Assembly (NCBI GenBank): GCA_013239625.1 | Contig: MU055928.1 | Span: forward strand, 20,650,878 to 20,714,877 | DNA from: Lama guanicoe | Taxonomy: Eukaryota | Reading direction: 5' to 3' | Length of the DNA stretch: 64,000 bases | Shown here: in pieces, positions 40,433-52,106 of the stretch | Layout: every line of letters begins with the position of its first letter | Numbering within the stretch: the first letter of the stretch is position 1 | Translations under genes and position numbers: made by a program | The notes under the pieces: generated by a model | Database searches by the model: none | What the model saw: the letters and a program-made list of their open reading frames with translations, nothing else | What the model was told of the DNA's origin: nothing

Positions 40433-40929
40433 CACTAAATAATGCCAAACTGTTTCCAATATTATTGTAGCAACACACACACTTTCCAGCGGTGTGTAAG
40501 AGCTAACATTGCTCCATGTCCTGCCAACACTTGGTATTGTCAGCCCTTTTAATTTCTGCCACTCTAGTAAGTGGCTAATGGTATCTCATTAATTTTTTTC
40601 TGTTTACTGCTAAAGTTGAGCACAATGCATGTCAGTTTGTGTAATGTTTCATATAGGTAGAAATTCTTAACATATACTCCCATATGATAAGTATAAGCAT
40701 TTTTTTACCTAAAAATATATACATCTTTTACTTTTCATTTATCATTTTCAGTATAATTTCAATTTGTTTGCCAGTATCAATGTTACTATTACTTCAAAAT
40801 AGAAATTAAATATTGAAATTCAAAATTATTTTAATGCACATATATATTCAAAACAAACACATAAGATTCACACACAACTTCTAATCTGTTCACCAGCCAA
40901 GCCTTTTTCTGGATAAATGTGCTAGAATT

Positions 40930-41152
40930 TCTCTTTCTAATACAGTAGCCACCCATCCATACATGATTATTGAGCACTTGAAAATGGACTAATGCTGCAT
41001 GTGAAAATTATAATCTGTTTGAAATACTTGGTTACATAAAATATATTATTTAAATTAATATCACTTGTTTCTTTTAATTTTTAAATGTGGCTCCTACAAA
41101 ATTTTAAATTACATATGTGCTTCAAAATGCATTTCTAGTGACAGCATTACAC
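40930..41152. mobile_element. MER3/MER33-family hAT-Charlie relic
   Basis: CTAATACAGTAGCCAC...ATTGAGCACTTGAAA...TTTAAATGTGGCTCCTACAAAATTTTAAATTACATATGTG. Confidence 0.65.
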
Positions 41153-41702
41153 TAGAATCTATTTAGTTAACTAGAGAAAAACATAACTAAGGAGATTTCA
41201 AAAGGAAAAAGTACAACTATACAAAACATCAATATACCTCCCTGAAGCAAACACAGCATTATTTCTAGTTATGCCCCAAACACAAAGCATACTTGTATAC
41301 ATCTTACTCAAATCACAACTTTCATTTGAAGTCCGGATCAAGATCATAATTCTCATTCATTTCTCACTGTTCATACTTTTGCCTGTAGACAAAATAATAA
41401 AAGGAAGAAGACCCAAACCAGAAACAATGCTCTTGGTAACATCTATTCCATCATTCTTCTGGCTAACATTTCACAAATGCCTACGACGGGTCAGAACCTG
41501 CATTAGACAAGGAAAAGGATGTGCACTGACACAGGCCTCCCCCTCCCAGCCCCATTCAGGGAAGCAATGTTCTCTGTGGCTTAGGGGACAGTCCCATCCC
41601 ACTCTTTCTGCCACCATGTTGAAAAATGTGCATTTAAATGCAATAACATTTGGGGGATGATCTAGCCTATAAATAGCACCAGAAGAAAACACTAAACAGG
41701 CT

Positions 41703-41853
41703 CTTTTTTTTTTTTAAGTGCCAGTTTCTTTTTATTTCTTTATTTATTTTGAGGGGGTAATTAGGCTTATTAGTTATTTTTTTCACGGAGGTCCTGGGGA
41801 TTGAACCAGTCATGCTAAGCACGTGCTCTACCACTGAGCTATACCCTCCCCCA
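41703..41853 (-). mobile_element. tRNA-derived SINE, Vic-1-like
   Basis: Minus strand GGGGGAGGGTATAGCTCAGTGGTAGAGCACGTGCTTAGCATGA...GGTTCAATCCCCAGGACCTCC...CCTAATTACCCCC plus A-tail. Confidence 0.88.
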
Positions 41854-41999
41854 TCAACATGCACTCTTCAGCATAAATGAATGTATGCTGTGTAATGTTT
41901 AATATATATTTGTTATAATAATTATCTGAATTTCTTGGGAACTTTGCTCTTGACGGGGGGACCCAAGCTTGGGGAAGCTTATTTTTGAGGCTGGAAATG

Positions 42000-42248
42000 C
42001 AAAGGAAGCGTGCTGCAGAAAACAATTGGTGTAGTCTAGCTGGCACCAGGTTGCAGCTGCACTCGCCTGCCTGCCGTGCCTGATATGGCTGCTGTCAATG
42101 AAGGCAATTGTATGCAGAGCACTGCTGGGCTGTCAGCTGCGGCTCCCGAAGGGCTGGTTGCAGTATTTTGGTGATGTCTGAAGATGCAGGCAGATGTTGG
42201 GAGAACAAAGCAACCACACTGAGCAAGGCGCCAGAACCACGGCACAAG
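42000..42248 (+). other. Putative upstream first exon/promoter of PLSCR5 (5' end unknown)
   Basis: Locally GC-richer unique sequence ending in a consensus donor AAG|GTAAGT (GT at 42249). A matching acceptor exists at 47113-47114 upstream of the PLSCR5 ATG. Confidence 0.5.
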
Positions 42249-42399
42249 GTAAGTATATTTAAAATAAATGATAGAAATAAAGAGATTTTCAAAATGGTAA
42301 AGCCGTTCTTGGTGGGGAGCATTGGGATTTCTGAAGCTTTTTAATGTTTTCTTAATTCTCCCTGTCAATCTACTTAGTAGCTCCAATCTCCTCCCTCCC

Positions 42400-42465
42400 C
42401 CCGCTCTCCTTCTCTCTCTCTCTCTCTCCTTCCACTCCTCTCTCTCTCTCAGAGACACACACATA
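42400..42465. repeat. (CT)n/(CA)n microsatellite
   Basis: TCTCTCTCTC...GAGACACACACA seen directly. Confidence 0.85.
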
Positions 42466-44114
42466 CACCCTGAAGAACATCGAAATAAATAATTGTTGAT
42501 ATGTCATATGTCTGTAGCGTACAGTTTTCTCCTTGGAATGCCAGTCTCTTTTTCTAGTAACATGGCCTGGAATAAGCCACAACCTCTCAGAATATTTCCT
42601 CTATTTTTAGACTCTTTAAAGGGAAAATGCCGTTATGAACTGCTAAAGTTTGCATTATGTATAGCAGATCAGGCAAACGCCAGAAGACAAAGTACAATAA
42701 AGACAGATGACTTCAAAGACCACCATTCAACTTAACTTCATCCTACCTGGAGAAAATGTAGAAGGCTGAAAATTAAAAAAAGAACTTCTACATACAAATT
42801 AAACTTTTGCTTCTGCCTTGGGCTTTACAATCTACTGATTACGGAATACCTTTTGTCCCATGGAGTCTGTGCACAGGACTCTAAATTAGGAGTCTTTTTT
42901 GTGTCATATCTCAGTGAGTGGGGACCCCTCAAGATATATTTGCTCCAGAACCAGCTTTTTTTAGTTTCACAGATTCTTCTCTGTATCTAGAATTCTTTTC
43001 TATGTTTTTTTCTAGTCATTTAAATCAATATCTTTTTAAGTAGGCAGAAAGAGAGAGGGTAAGAAATCTCTTATTAATAACTAAGAAGCATGATCCAATA
43101 TATTATTCTTTCGTATTTAAGAAAAAATATCTTAATAGTTATAATTTTTCTGTTTTAAAGTAACAGGAAAGGAAACTTAGACATGTAGATGTGGAACAAA
43201 GAATTGCTCATTTGAATGATGCATTACTGACTTTGATTAGCTTTCCTTTTCAGAGAGAGGATGAGTTACATCATCTGATTTTCAGAAGGTGGCAACTGAC
43301 CCTTACTTTTAAAAATACTGAAGGACTCTTGCATCCCTGTGTTGTGATACTCCACTGAAGTCCTCATTCCCCAAGAGAGGAGGCCATAGCGTTACATCTC
43401 AATAGGCTGTCTACTGTTTACGCACATATGAAACAGTTGATAAATGTCTACTGAAGAATGAATGAAGCACTGCACGTAAAGGGTGGGTTTGAATAAGATA
43501 GTAAAGAAATACACTTTGACAGGAAGTCTGCAAAGTGTGGATAATGGCTGTTGAAACTGGAGTTGCCTGTTCCCAGGGAACAAACATCCAAGTTTGCATT
43601 AAGGAGTTGGATATTTTACACTTAGCAGTGTAGTTGCAAATCAAATAACTCTGGAAAAGATTTATTTAATCATGATAGTCTCCCCCTATTTGCTTTATTT
43701 CATTTGTTTATTTACACCCTGCTTTGTTCCACAGTAAATTTCAGTATGGGAATTTATAAACCCAGGGATAAGATTTATGCATAGAAATGCACACCTTAAG
43801 TGCTGCAAGACTGTTAAAAGCGGATTCACATTTTAGCAGATCATACTGTGAGCCTCACTGAATGAAAGAAGTTATTTTACCACTAAATTATAGTCCATTT
43901 ACATATGATTCCCCACCTGTAGTGGTTACTTTTATGACCAGCTATTCATAAAATTTGCTGTTAATTATTCTTGTATGATATGGCATGATAGAAACAGCTG
44001 AAAACATAAATACACACAATGGTGTTTACATTTCTCAGATTATAATGTCATTAAGACCTCTAGATGCTGCCTTCTCATAAATTAATATTAAGTCCCCTAG
44101 TTAATTCCCCACTA

Positions 44115-44520
44115 TGCTGACCAAGCTACTGTTGGACAGGATATGTGGAAATGGGACCTCTTATCCCTTACTGCTGGGAATGTGAATTGGCATAAGCACA
44201 TTGGAGATCAACTTGGTGATACCAAGATAAAGACCTCCCTATCCCATTAGCCAGCATTTTTACTCCTGGATATATACCTTCAAAAGGACTTACACCTGTG
44301 CATACGAACCATTGTCTTCCACAATGGAAACACTAAATGTCCACTAAAATGGCAATGGGCAAAAATTGTATTCAGTATACTCATAAAATGTAATCACATG
44401 CAGTGGCTGAAAACAATGTAATTTTATACATATTATCAATTTTAAAAAACCACAATATTAAATGCATAAAACATGTTTTAGAATTATGCCTAAAATAACA
44501 TTTATATAAATCAAGAAAAA
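44115..44520 (+). mobile_element. Old L1 (L1ME-like) ORF2-end/3'UTR remnant
   Basis: ACTGCTGGGAATGTGAATTGG...ACTCCTGGATATATACC...AAATGTCCACTAA. Confidence 0.6.
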
Positions 44521-44618
44521 CAACTAATTCTCTCATATTCCATATATATGTATATTTAGTTATATATGTCCATATGTATATATTTATGCATGTATGCATA
44601 TAATTTCTAGGGACACAT

Positions 44619-44665
44619 TTTTTTACCTTTGTTTTTGTTTTTGTTTTGGTGGGGGGAGGTAATTA

Positions 44666-44696
<31 letters not shown>

Positions 44697-44777
44697 AATG
44701 CAGGTGCTGGGGATTGAACCCAGGACCTCGTGCATACTAAGCACGTGCTCTGCCACTGAGCTATGCCCTTCCCCTCC
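44619..44777 (-). mobile_element. tRNA-derived SINE, Vic-1-like
   Basis: Minus strand GGGCATAGCTCAGTGGCAGAGCACGTGCTTAGTATGCACGAGGTCCTGGGTTCAATCCCCAG...(TAAA)n CCTAATTACCTCCCC. TSD AGGGACACAT (44609-44618, 44778-44787). Confidence 0.9.
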
Positions 44778-47172
44778 AGGGACACATATTTTCATAGTAA
44801 AACCAGAGGCAGAATAACCATTAAGCTAATGAAATATTCCTAAAGCCAGTACTCCTAAAGGAGTACTCCTAGTCCTGGTCCTTGGTCCTGTCCCAGATCT
44901 GTAGGCTTACATCTTAATCCATTCTGCATTCTCTCCCCAAAGGATGTCATCCAGAGCACATTGCTGACTTTGTTCTGTTTTGGCTTATAACAGATGGCAT
45001 TTCTTTTCTCTCACTATCTAGGTTTAAATAAATTGACAGTCTCTCCCTTTGTGCTGAGTGAGACAATTTTAGTGAGCCCTTTCAGCCATGAAAATTTAAG
45101 TCTAATATCTAACAGCTAAAGAATTAAATGATAGGGAAGTTCTGAACAATGATGTAATATTGAATGGACAAATCTTCTGAAATAGCTGTGATACATCCTG
45201 TGAAAAGGCCATGGGCAGGGCGTGATTGCACCAGATTATAATGCAATGTGTTTCCATTTCCTTTTGGCTGAAACTGAAGATAGGGGATATAGAGGTTCTT
45301 CTTTCAAGGTGGAAGGAGGGGAGAACAAGGACAAGCAAGGCAGGGCATCCTAAGAAGATGAGCACACCCAAGCAGCAGAGCAACAGGGCGCAAGTTCAGG
45401 AGAGAGGAGCTAGTGGGGAGTTTTGCTGGGAAGGGGCAGACCACTGATTCGAGGTTTTCTGATACTCACTTTCACATCTCATCTTTTGTACTGCAGTCCC
45501 CACCGTTATCCTCAAGTCTTGGGTTATGTCTGCTGGACAGGCCTACCTTGTACTGTTTAATTTCATGGAATTCAGGGAGCAGACTGAAACACTGATGACA
45601 AAATAAATCTGATGCTGCTTGAAAAAGCCAAGGGCTTCATAGCATAGATACAAGAGGAAAGTGTGACCATTTCTAGGATTGATAGTGGTCCTGGTGCTTC
45701 TCCAGAGGTGGCAAGTGTTAAGAGGAATGGAGTGAGGGCACCTGGAAGGCAGGACCGGAGGTGAGGCTAGCTTGTGGAGGGTGGCAGTCCTTGGTAATAG
45801 GCCACTTGAAAAGTACCAGAGGTCCCTTAAGGAAGGTTTGTGAGCTTCTCCTTCATGCTTAATTCATTTAGATGTTTATATTTTGTTTCATAATTGGTGC
45901 TCTGTTGAAAAATCAAAATTAACTGGTCCATTAGGACCATAACTTAAAATACCATGGTTGATAGTGCTAATAACAACTTAGGTTCTTTGGATCAAAGGTT
46001 TTCCAAATGCCCATGACCAACATTAAGAAGTTTATGAAACACAGAATTTAGATATAAACTACTAATATATTTAAACACCTTTTCTGCAAAATGGTAACAA
46101 ATAATGGCCCTTTTCAACCTTGAACGTTTCAAAACAACAACAAAAAGAAACATCTCTTTGCCAAATCAGAAGAACCCAAATTTTTGGCTCTCTACAACCT
46201 GTGAGTTGGCTTTATAATTTTTCATCATTATCCATGCCTCTTCAGGCCACTTAACTATTTTTGAAAGTAGACAGTGTTGCTGATAATCCAGTATATCCTT
46301 CAGGTTCAACTTTTGCAAATCATGCCACCCAGGGCAACTGACTTTGTGAGCAAAATCTCCACGGTCACTTGGTTAGCTGCATTTAGAAATATGAGCTGCC
46401 TAGTCAAGGTTACAGTGGTTTTGTTTTGTTTTTTTTCCTCCTCAGTACACAATACAGTTAATTGTTACCTGTATATTTTGTTTAAATTTGGGAGGTTATT
46501 GGAGGTTTGTATTTTCAAATGCTTCTGACTCATTAAATTCAACTAAAAATGAAAATAAAGATGTATTTGTTTGTAAATAGTGGGGAATACATCCTCTTCT
46601 TGTTTGTTATGGGGAGAGAGAGTAGGGAGAAATCTTGAGAAAAAATAAGAATATGGATGTTCAAACATTTTCAAAATATAGAAAAACTTATTTAGAACTA
46701 TCAGAAACTTACATGTGATAGAATGTTTTGTCACAGACTCTGGTACAAGAGGGATCGAGAAATTAGAAAAAAATAATAGAGTATTTCTGATACAGTCATG
46801 AATGAAAAAATATATATTCCAAGTGATAATTTTTTAAACTTAAGTGGAAGTAAGAGCCATAAAAATGAGTGTTGTATATTTTTCTTCCTGGTTGTTATTA
46901 TTTTGAAATTCTTTCAGCCACCAAGTGGCATTAGGGTTTCTGAGTAATGTTTACTTTTGATGATAGCTTCGTCTCCCCCTGTTGTTCAAAATGATGAAAT
47001 ACAGCCCTCTGGAAACAGCAAAGCACTCCCTTCCTTTGGTATTTGTAAGCGAACAGAAGTAGACAGACACCTTCTGAAGTTTCCTGCATGCTGTATTTTC
47101 TCCCCTTGCTGCAGGAAGAAAACCTTCTTCTTTTAACCCGACTGCCTTTGAAGAAGGGACTCAGACATCTTC

Positions 47173-47185
47173 ATGGCCTCTAAAG
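47173..47185 (+). CDS. PLSCR5: PLSCR5 coding exon 1 (M-A-S-K + 1 nt)
   Basis: ATG GCC TCT AAA G|GTAAGA, with an in-frame upstream stop TAA at 47134-47136. Joins exon 2 to give MASKDAQNQRR, the PLSCR5 N-terminus as I recall it. Confidence 0.9.
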
Positions 47186-50100
47186 GTAAGAGTGAATATA
47201 GGCAGCTAAACAAATTTTGCTTTCATTATGGCTAAAAATACACAGTTGTAAGGATGTTCTAATCAGTGAGACTGATACTTTAGAACCTGTCACTTAGTGC
47301 TTTTGAACACTGGAATTTTTGAATTTTAACTCCAAGGAGCATGTTGTGTTAAATTTTAAAGAAAAACACTCTAGCTGATAGAATGTAAAAGTGAAGACGT
47401 GAAACAGTGAAGAAACGAAACAATGTTTTCGTTACCATAAATATACACCTAGTGACTTAATAAGAAAAGCAGCATAGCAAAATTGAGAGTAGAAATATTC
47501 AATCTCAAACACAAAGACAAGTTGATATTTCAAGTTTAAAGGCATTTGAAGAAAACTTTTCACACGTAAGTTAAAATGTGTTAAAGTATAGCTCAGTATT
47601 TTTAAATTTCCCATTTGTTGTTTAAAATATGTGATACAGCCATTTATCATAGAGAATTCAACATGTGTTATGGAGAAATTCTAGTAAATGTAACGGACTA
47701 GAAGTAAACACATCTGAACTATGAAGCAAAAAATCTTTCAAAATTTCTTTGATGGTAAATTATATATAAAAAGCAAACAGAAACTAATCTAAGCGAGCAG
47801 ATTAATTAAAGACTTTGGGAGGAGGAACTGGTATAGGTTTTCCTCAAATGCCTAAAACTATGTAAATATCATCAGTGTTACTTTAAAGAACTTCTCAAAA
47901 GACTAGGGATGTGCTTGTTTTAAGATAATGGGTTGCAATCTCACTAAAAACACTTGTGAAATTATATAAAAATGAAATTATAATGTGTTTTCATTCCATT
48001 ATCAGAAGAAACCATTAAACTCTAGGCTATAATGAAAAGTTTTAATGTGGAGAATTATGATTAGTATAATTGGTGGAAACCTTTTAACCTAATTGCAAAT
48101 AGGATAATAGAGTCCACTGATTTAAAACATCCTGAATTAACTTAATGATGCATTCAAAGAAATTTGTATACTTACTTGTTTCCTTTATCAAAATCTGTTT
48201 TTTGGATGCTATTCAATTTGGAACAAAGGAAGCAATCTTTTCATTTTTTGTCAACATTTAATGTACCCCAGTCCCTGAGTATCATTGGGAAAGTGCAAAC
48301 AAATTATAAAATATAGACATGAAACATGAAAATCATGAATTTTAATATATACGTGCTTCATTTCTCTGTCTGAAGACAGACAAACAAAATCTTGACAAGT
48401 CCTTTCTTTCATTTAAGACTGACACTAAGACTCAGTCCAAAACACTTCATCACTTTCTAAGAGTCACAGCAACAACTGTGGCCTGTAAGGTAAAGAGTTG
48501 CAGAGTACGTGAAATATTTATAAGCTAGTTATACATTTTTAAAAGAGTAGATAGAAATTCAAAGCCAGATAGAAATTCAAAGGAGTTCCTTCTTCATCTG
48601 GTGGTCTGAGTCTTTGAAGAAACTTGTGACTAGAAAGCAATATTATGATCAAAATACGATTAATCTTCCAAAAAAGCCACGATGCTCAGTAACCACAAGG
48701 ACTCAAGACAAAACTTAGAGGTAAAACTTCAGGTGGAAAACTAACACTCTTTCTGCAATCCACTCAAAATACTTAACAGATGAAGTGGGTAAAACATTTG
48801 TTAGAGACCCTTTTCTAAAAAAAAAAAAAGTAAAAAAATGAGGTTTTCTTTGGAATTAGAAATCCGGTTTGAGGGGCAAGTCAGGATATTATCATTATTT
48901 CCCGAAAATATTTTTGTGGAGTTTTATTCAAATATATTTAAAGACATTATTTATAACATCATGATGCTCTCTGACCCATGAGTCTGCACTGGCATTTAGC
49001 GTTTTCCCAGGGAATGCAGGCTAACTGAACATTTTACATTTCGTAGGCAGTTCAGTAAGCATCACTACATCAGCCTGGAGACTGGAGGCCATTAGAACTG
49101 AAGTATTTGTGTGGTCTGGAAGTCCCCTGGTTTAGTATAAATAAACATAAATTGAAGAATGGGTTGGTCTCAAACTTTAAGTTTGAGAAAAACAAGAGTT
49201 TCCAGGATGATCTAAACTGAACAGGAGCTTCAGTTTGGATCTTCAAAGGCAGTGCTGCTCTGATGTGAGCTGAAACCCCAGAAGAGAAATGATCTCAGCA
49301 GTCTCTGACTGAGCCTCTGCTCCCCACTAGACACTGGACATTTTCTGCTCTGGGCCCTGGTGCATTAATGCTTCTGGACCTGCTGCGAAATCTAACAACC
49401 TAAAAGCCTGGGTCAGGAATATAGAGCCACCCTCCAGACACTCAATAACCTACCGAATGCATTTTGTCACAGCAAAATAGTTTACAAGATTAAACTGGAG
49501 TAGTTTGCTAATCTTATTAACAATACAATTGACAATGAGAGAGAATCTAATGATCTTCTATCAGCTATTATCAGAAATTAATCCCTACCCGTTATTTTTT
49601 AATCAAAGGATCACATGTGGACAGTTAAGTGCATAAAAGGCACCAAACTTAAGTTCTATGATTCTTAAAATCAGGATGCACTCAGGTAACCACCATCAAG
49701 ATCAAGATACAGAACATTTCTGGTACCTCACATTGTTCCCTTTTTGATCAATAGCCATGCACCTCCACTCCCAAGATGAACGCCTACCATTTCATCATTA
49801 TGAACTAATTTTCCTTAGATCACAATTTGCCTTTGTTTCTCTGAAAGTCAACGACAGCAGTGGTTTTGGCACTAATGCCAAAGAAAGGACGTCTGTTGTC
49901 TCGTATTATTTTCCAGTTATTGCCATAGTGGGCATTAGCTCCTCTCCTAAATCTGACATGGTGATATATAGTCTTCCTCTCAGTTTACCACTTGGGGTCT
50001 CATTCTCAAGAGCAAGAGGAGTTCTAAAGCCTATACCCTTTATGTCTGCCTAGATCTGAGAGAAGCTCAGGATGGGGGCCTTTGGGGAAGCAAACTGTTG

Positions 50101-51287
50101 TATTATCATCGGTATGGAGCTCTGTGTTAGTGGGGCCAAATGACAAGTTTGTTTCCATGTGGTCCTACCCCTAAAGCACGTCCAAATTCTAAACATCTCA
50201 GACCAGTGTCATCTTGGGGATCCACCTCCGTCTATCCCTACATCCTTCTGGTTAAATAAGCAAACAGATCATCTGGCAGTTAGTGTCCCTCATTAACACC
50301 ACACGTACACACGACCCTACTGAGCCTATCATTGCTAGAAGTAGTCTATGTCAGTGTCTAAAGGCCCACCCCTTGGATGCCTATGCTTCTTCACCAGTTT
50401 TTTTTTTTTTAAGTCCTCTTCAGGTGCTCATCCAGGCTATCCTTGAATTCTCTTAATGAAGGGAAACTTATAATTTCCAAAAGAAATTCAGTCCTTTCTT
50501 CAAATTTAATTTTAGAGGTTTAAAAGATTCATAAGAATACCACCCACCCCCACCACCCAGCCCTACCCACCCCCGACACACACACATTGTGTGGACTTGG
50601 TGACAGTGCTGAAGAGAGACCATTCTAATCTATTGTAAATTATATAGATGTCACTCCAGTTTTAATATACATACAGTGAGTCCCTATCCAAATTTTTGTG
50701 CAGTTGTTATAAATTTCTTCCTTATGTTAATCCAGAACCAGTTTCCTTGTCCCTCCCATTTTTATGTCTTTAAAATAGTCAGGTTACCTGTCTTCATTAC
50801 AGTCCCTCTACTATTTGAAAACACCTATCAGGAACCTTGCTCCACACCTACACTCAATCTAAAACAGCAAAGTGTAAACCAAATGAATGCACATATACGA
50901 ACTCTTATAATTTGGCTTAATAAAGATGAGAAGTGAAAACAGTGATAGTCTTTTAAAAATATACATATCGGTATCTAATGAGGGAGATAGCCAAATAGCA
51001 GTCATGTGAAAAAAGAAAAAGGAAAAATAATAGTAGAAAAGCCGTAATTTTTAACATTTTTTTATATATTTTTAACAAAGAAGACTTTCGCATGCACCAC
51101 ACATCAGAGCTTATGCATAATAATAAAGTTGTAACGTTGAATGAGCTACAGAGGAGTTCATACTGTCAAAATTTTGAGGGTGCTTCTATACCAAATACTG
51201 AGAAATCAAAGTTAAATTAGATATTACACTGCTCTTAAAAAACTAATAAATTAGTTATAAGAATCTTATAGTATATATAGAATTAAA

Positions 51288-51477
51288 CCATTAGTTCTCA
51301 AAGGATATATCGTCAGACCAGCAGCATTAGTTTACCTGGGAACTTATTAGAAATGCAAATTCTCTAGCCCCACCCCCACCTCAGCCACTGAGCCAGCCCG
51401 TCTGGAGTGGGCCCAGCCTGTGTGTTTTAACAAGCCGTCTAGGTGGTTCTGGTGCAGGCTAAAGTTAAGAACCACTG
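51288..51477. mobile_element. MER5A-like hAT-Charlie element (in the intron after coding exon 1)
   Basis: GACCAGCAGCATTAG...ATTAGAAATGCAAATTCTC...TGTGTTTTAACAAGCC...AAGTTAAGAACCACTG. Confidence 0.85.
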
Positions 51478-51948
51478 AATTAAACCTAGCCTTAGCAGCA
51501 TGATTGATAAAAAGAGAGAAAATCTCCTTGGAAATATAAGGCACCTTCATAATACTTGAGGAAGGGAGGAAAAGCTTGAAAGTCATACTTATGATTCAGA
51601 ACCGATTTCTAAGGCTCTCCTTTTATGAGTGGAGAATGTCTAGTTTCTTTTATCATCACTTTTCCTTTTGTGGTTTATAATCTTCCAGCTCTTTGAATAG
51701 AAGTTTAACTTGCCTTCAAAAAAATGTATCTTTTTAAAATCATGTATTTTGCCCAAGTTACCCAACTTTTTCTCACAACTACTTCTGGTAGTCTTCCAGA
51801 TTCCTCTTGCTCTGAAGGAAAGGGCACTAAAGGGAAAGGCAGCAGCAGACATCCTACCCTCGGAATGAAGAAGTAACAAAGATTATAAGGCAAACTAAAT
51901 AAAATGGCCTAACTTTAAATATGGGCTGGGATTTTCATTCTCTTGCAG

Positions 51949-52106
51949 ATGCACAGAACCAGAGAAGAGGTCTGCCCAGTTTTCTTCCCGGAGCTCCAGA
52001 CCCAGACCATGGCGTTCACATCCCGTCCAATTCAGGGAACTTAGTGTGGCAGCCGGGTCTCCCTCCACCAGGCAGTCTCCCTCCTGGTCTGGAATATTTA
52101 AGCCAG
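51949..52106 (+). CDS. PLSCR5: PLSCR5 coding exon 2 (Pro-rich N-terminus, ...PPGLEYLSQ)
   Basis: Acceptor TTTTCATTCTCTTGCAG|AT, donor CAG|GTGATT, 158 nt. PPGLEYL is the conserved start of the scramblase domain. Confidence 0.95.
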
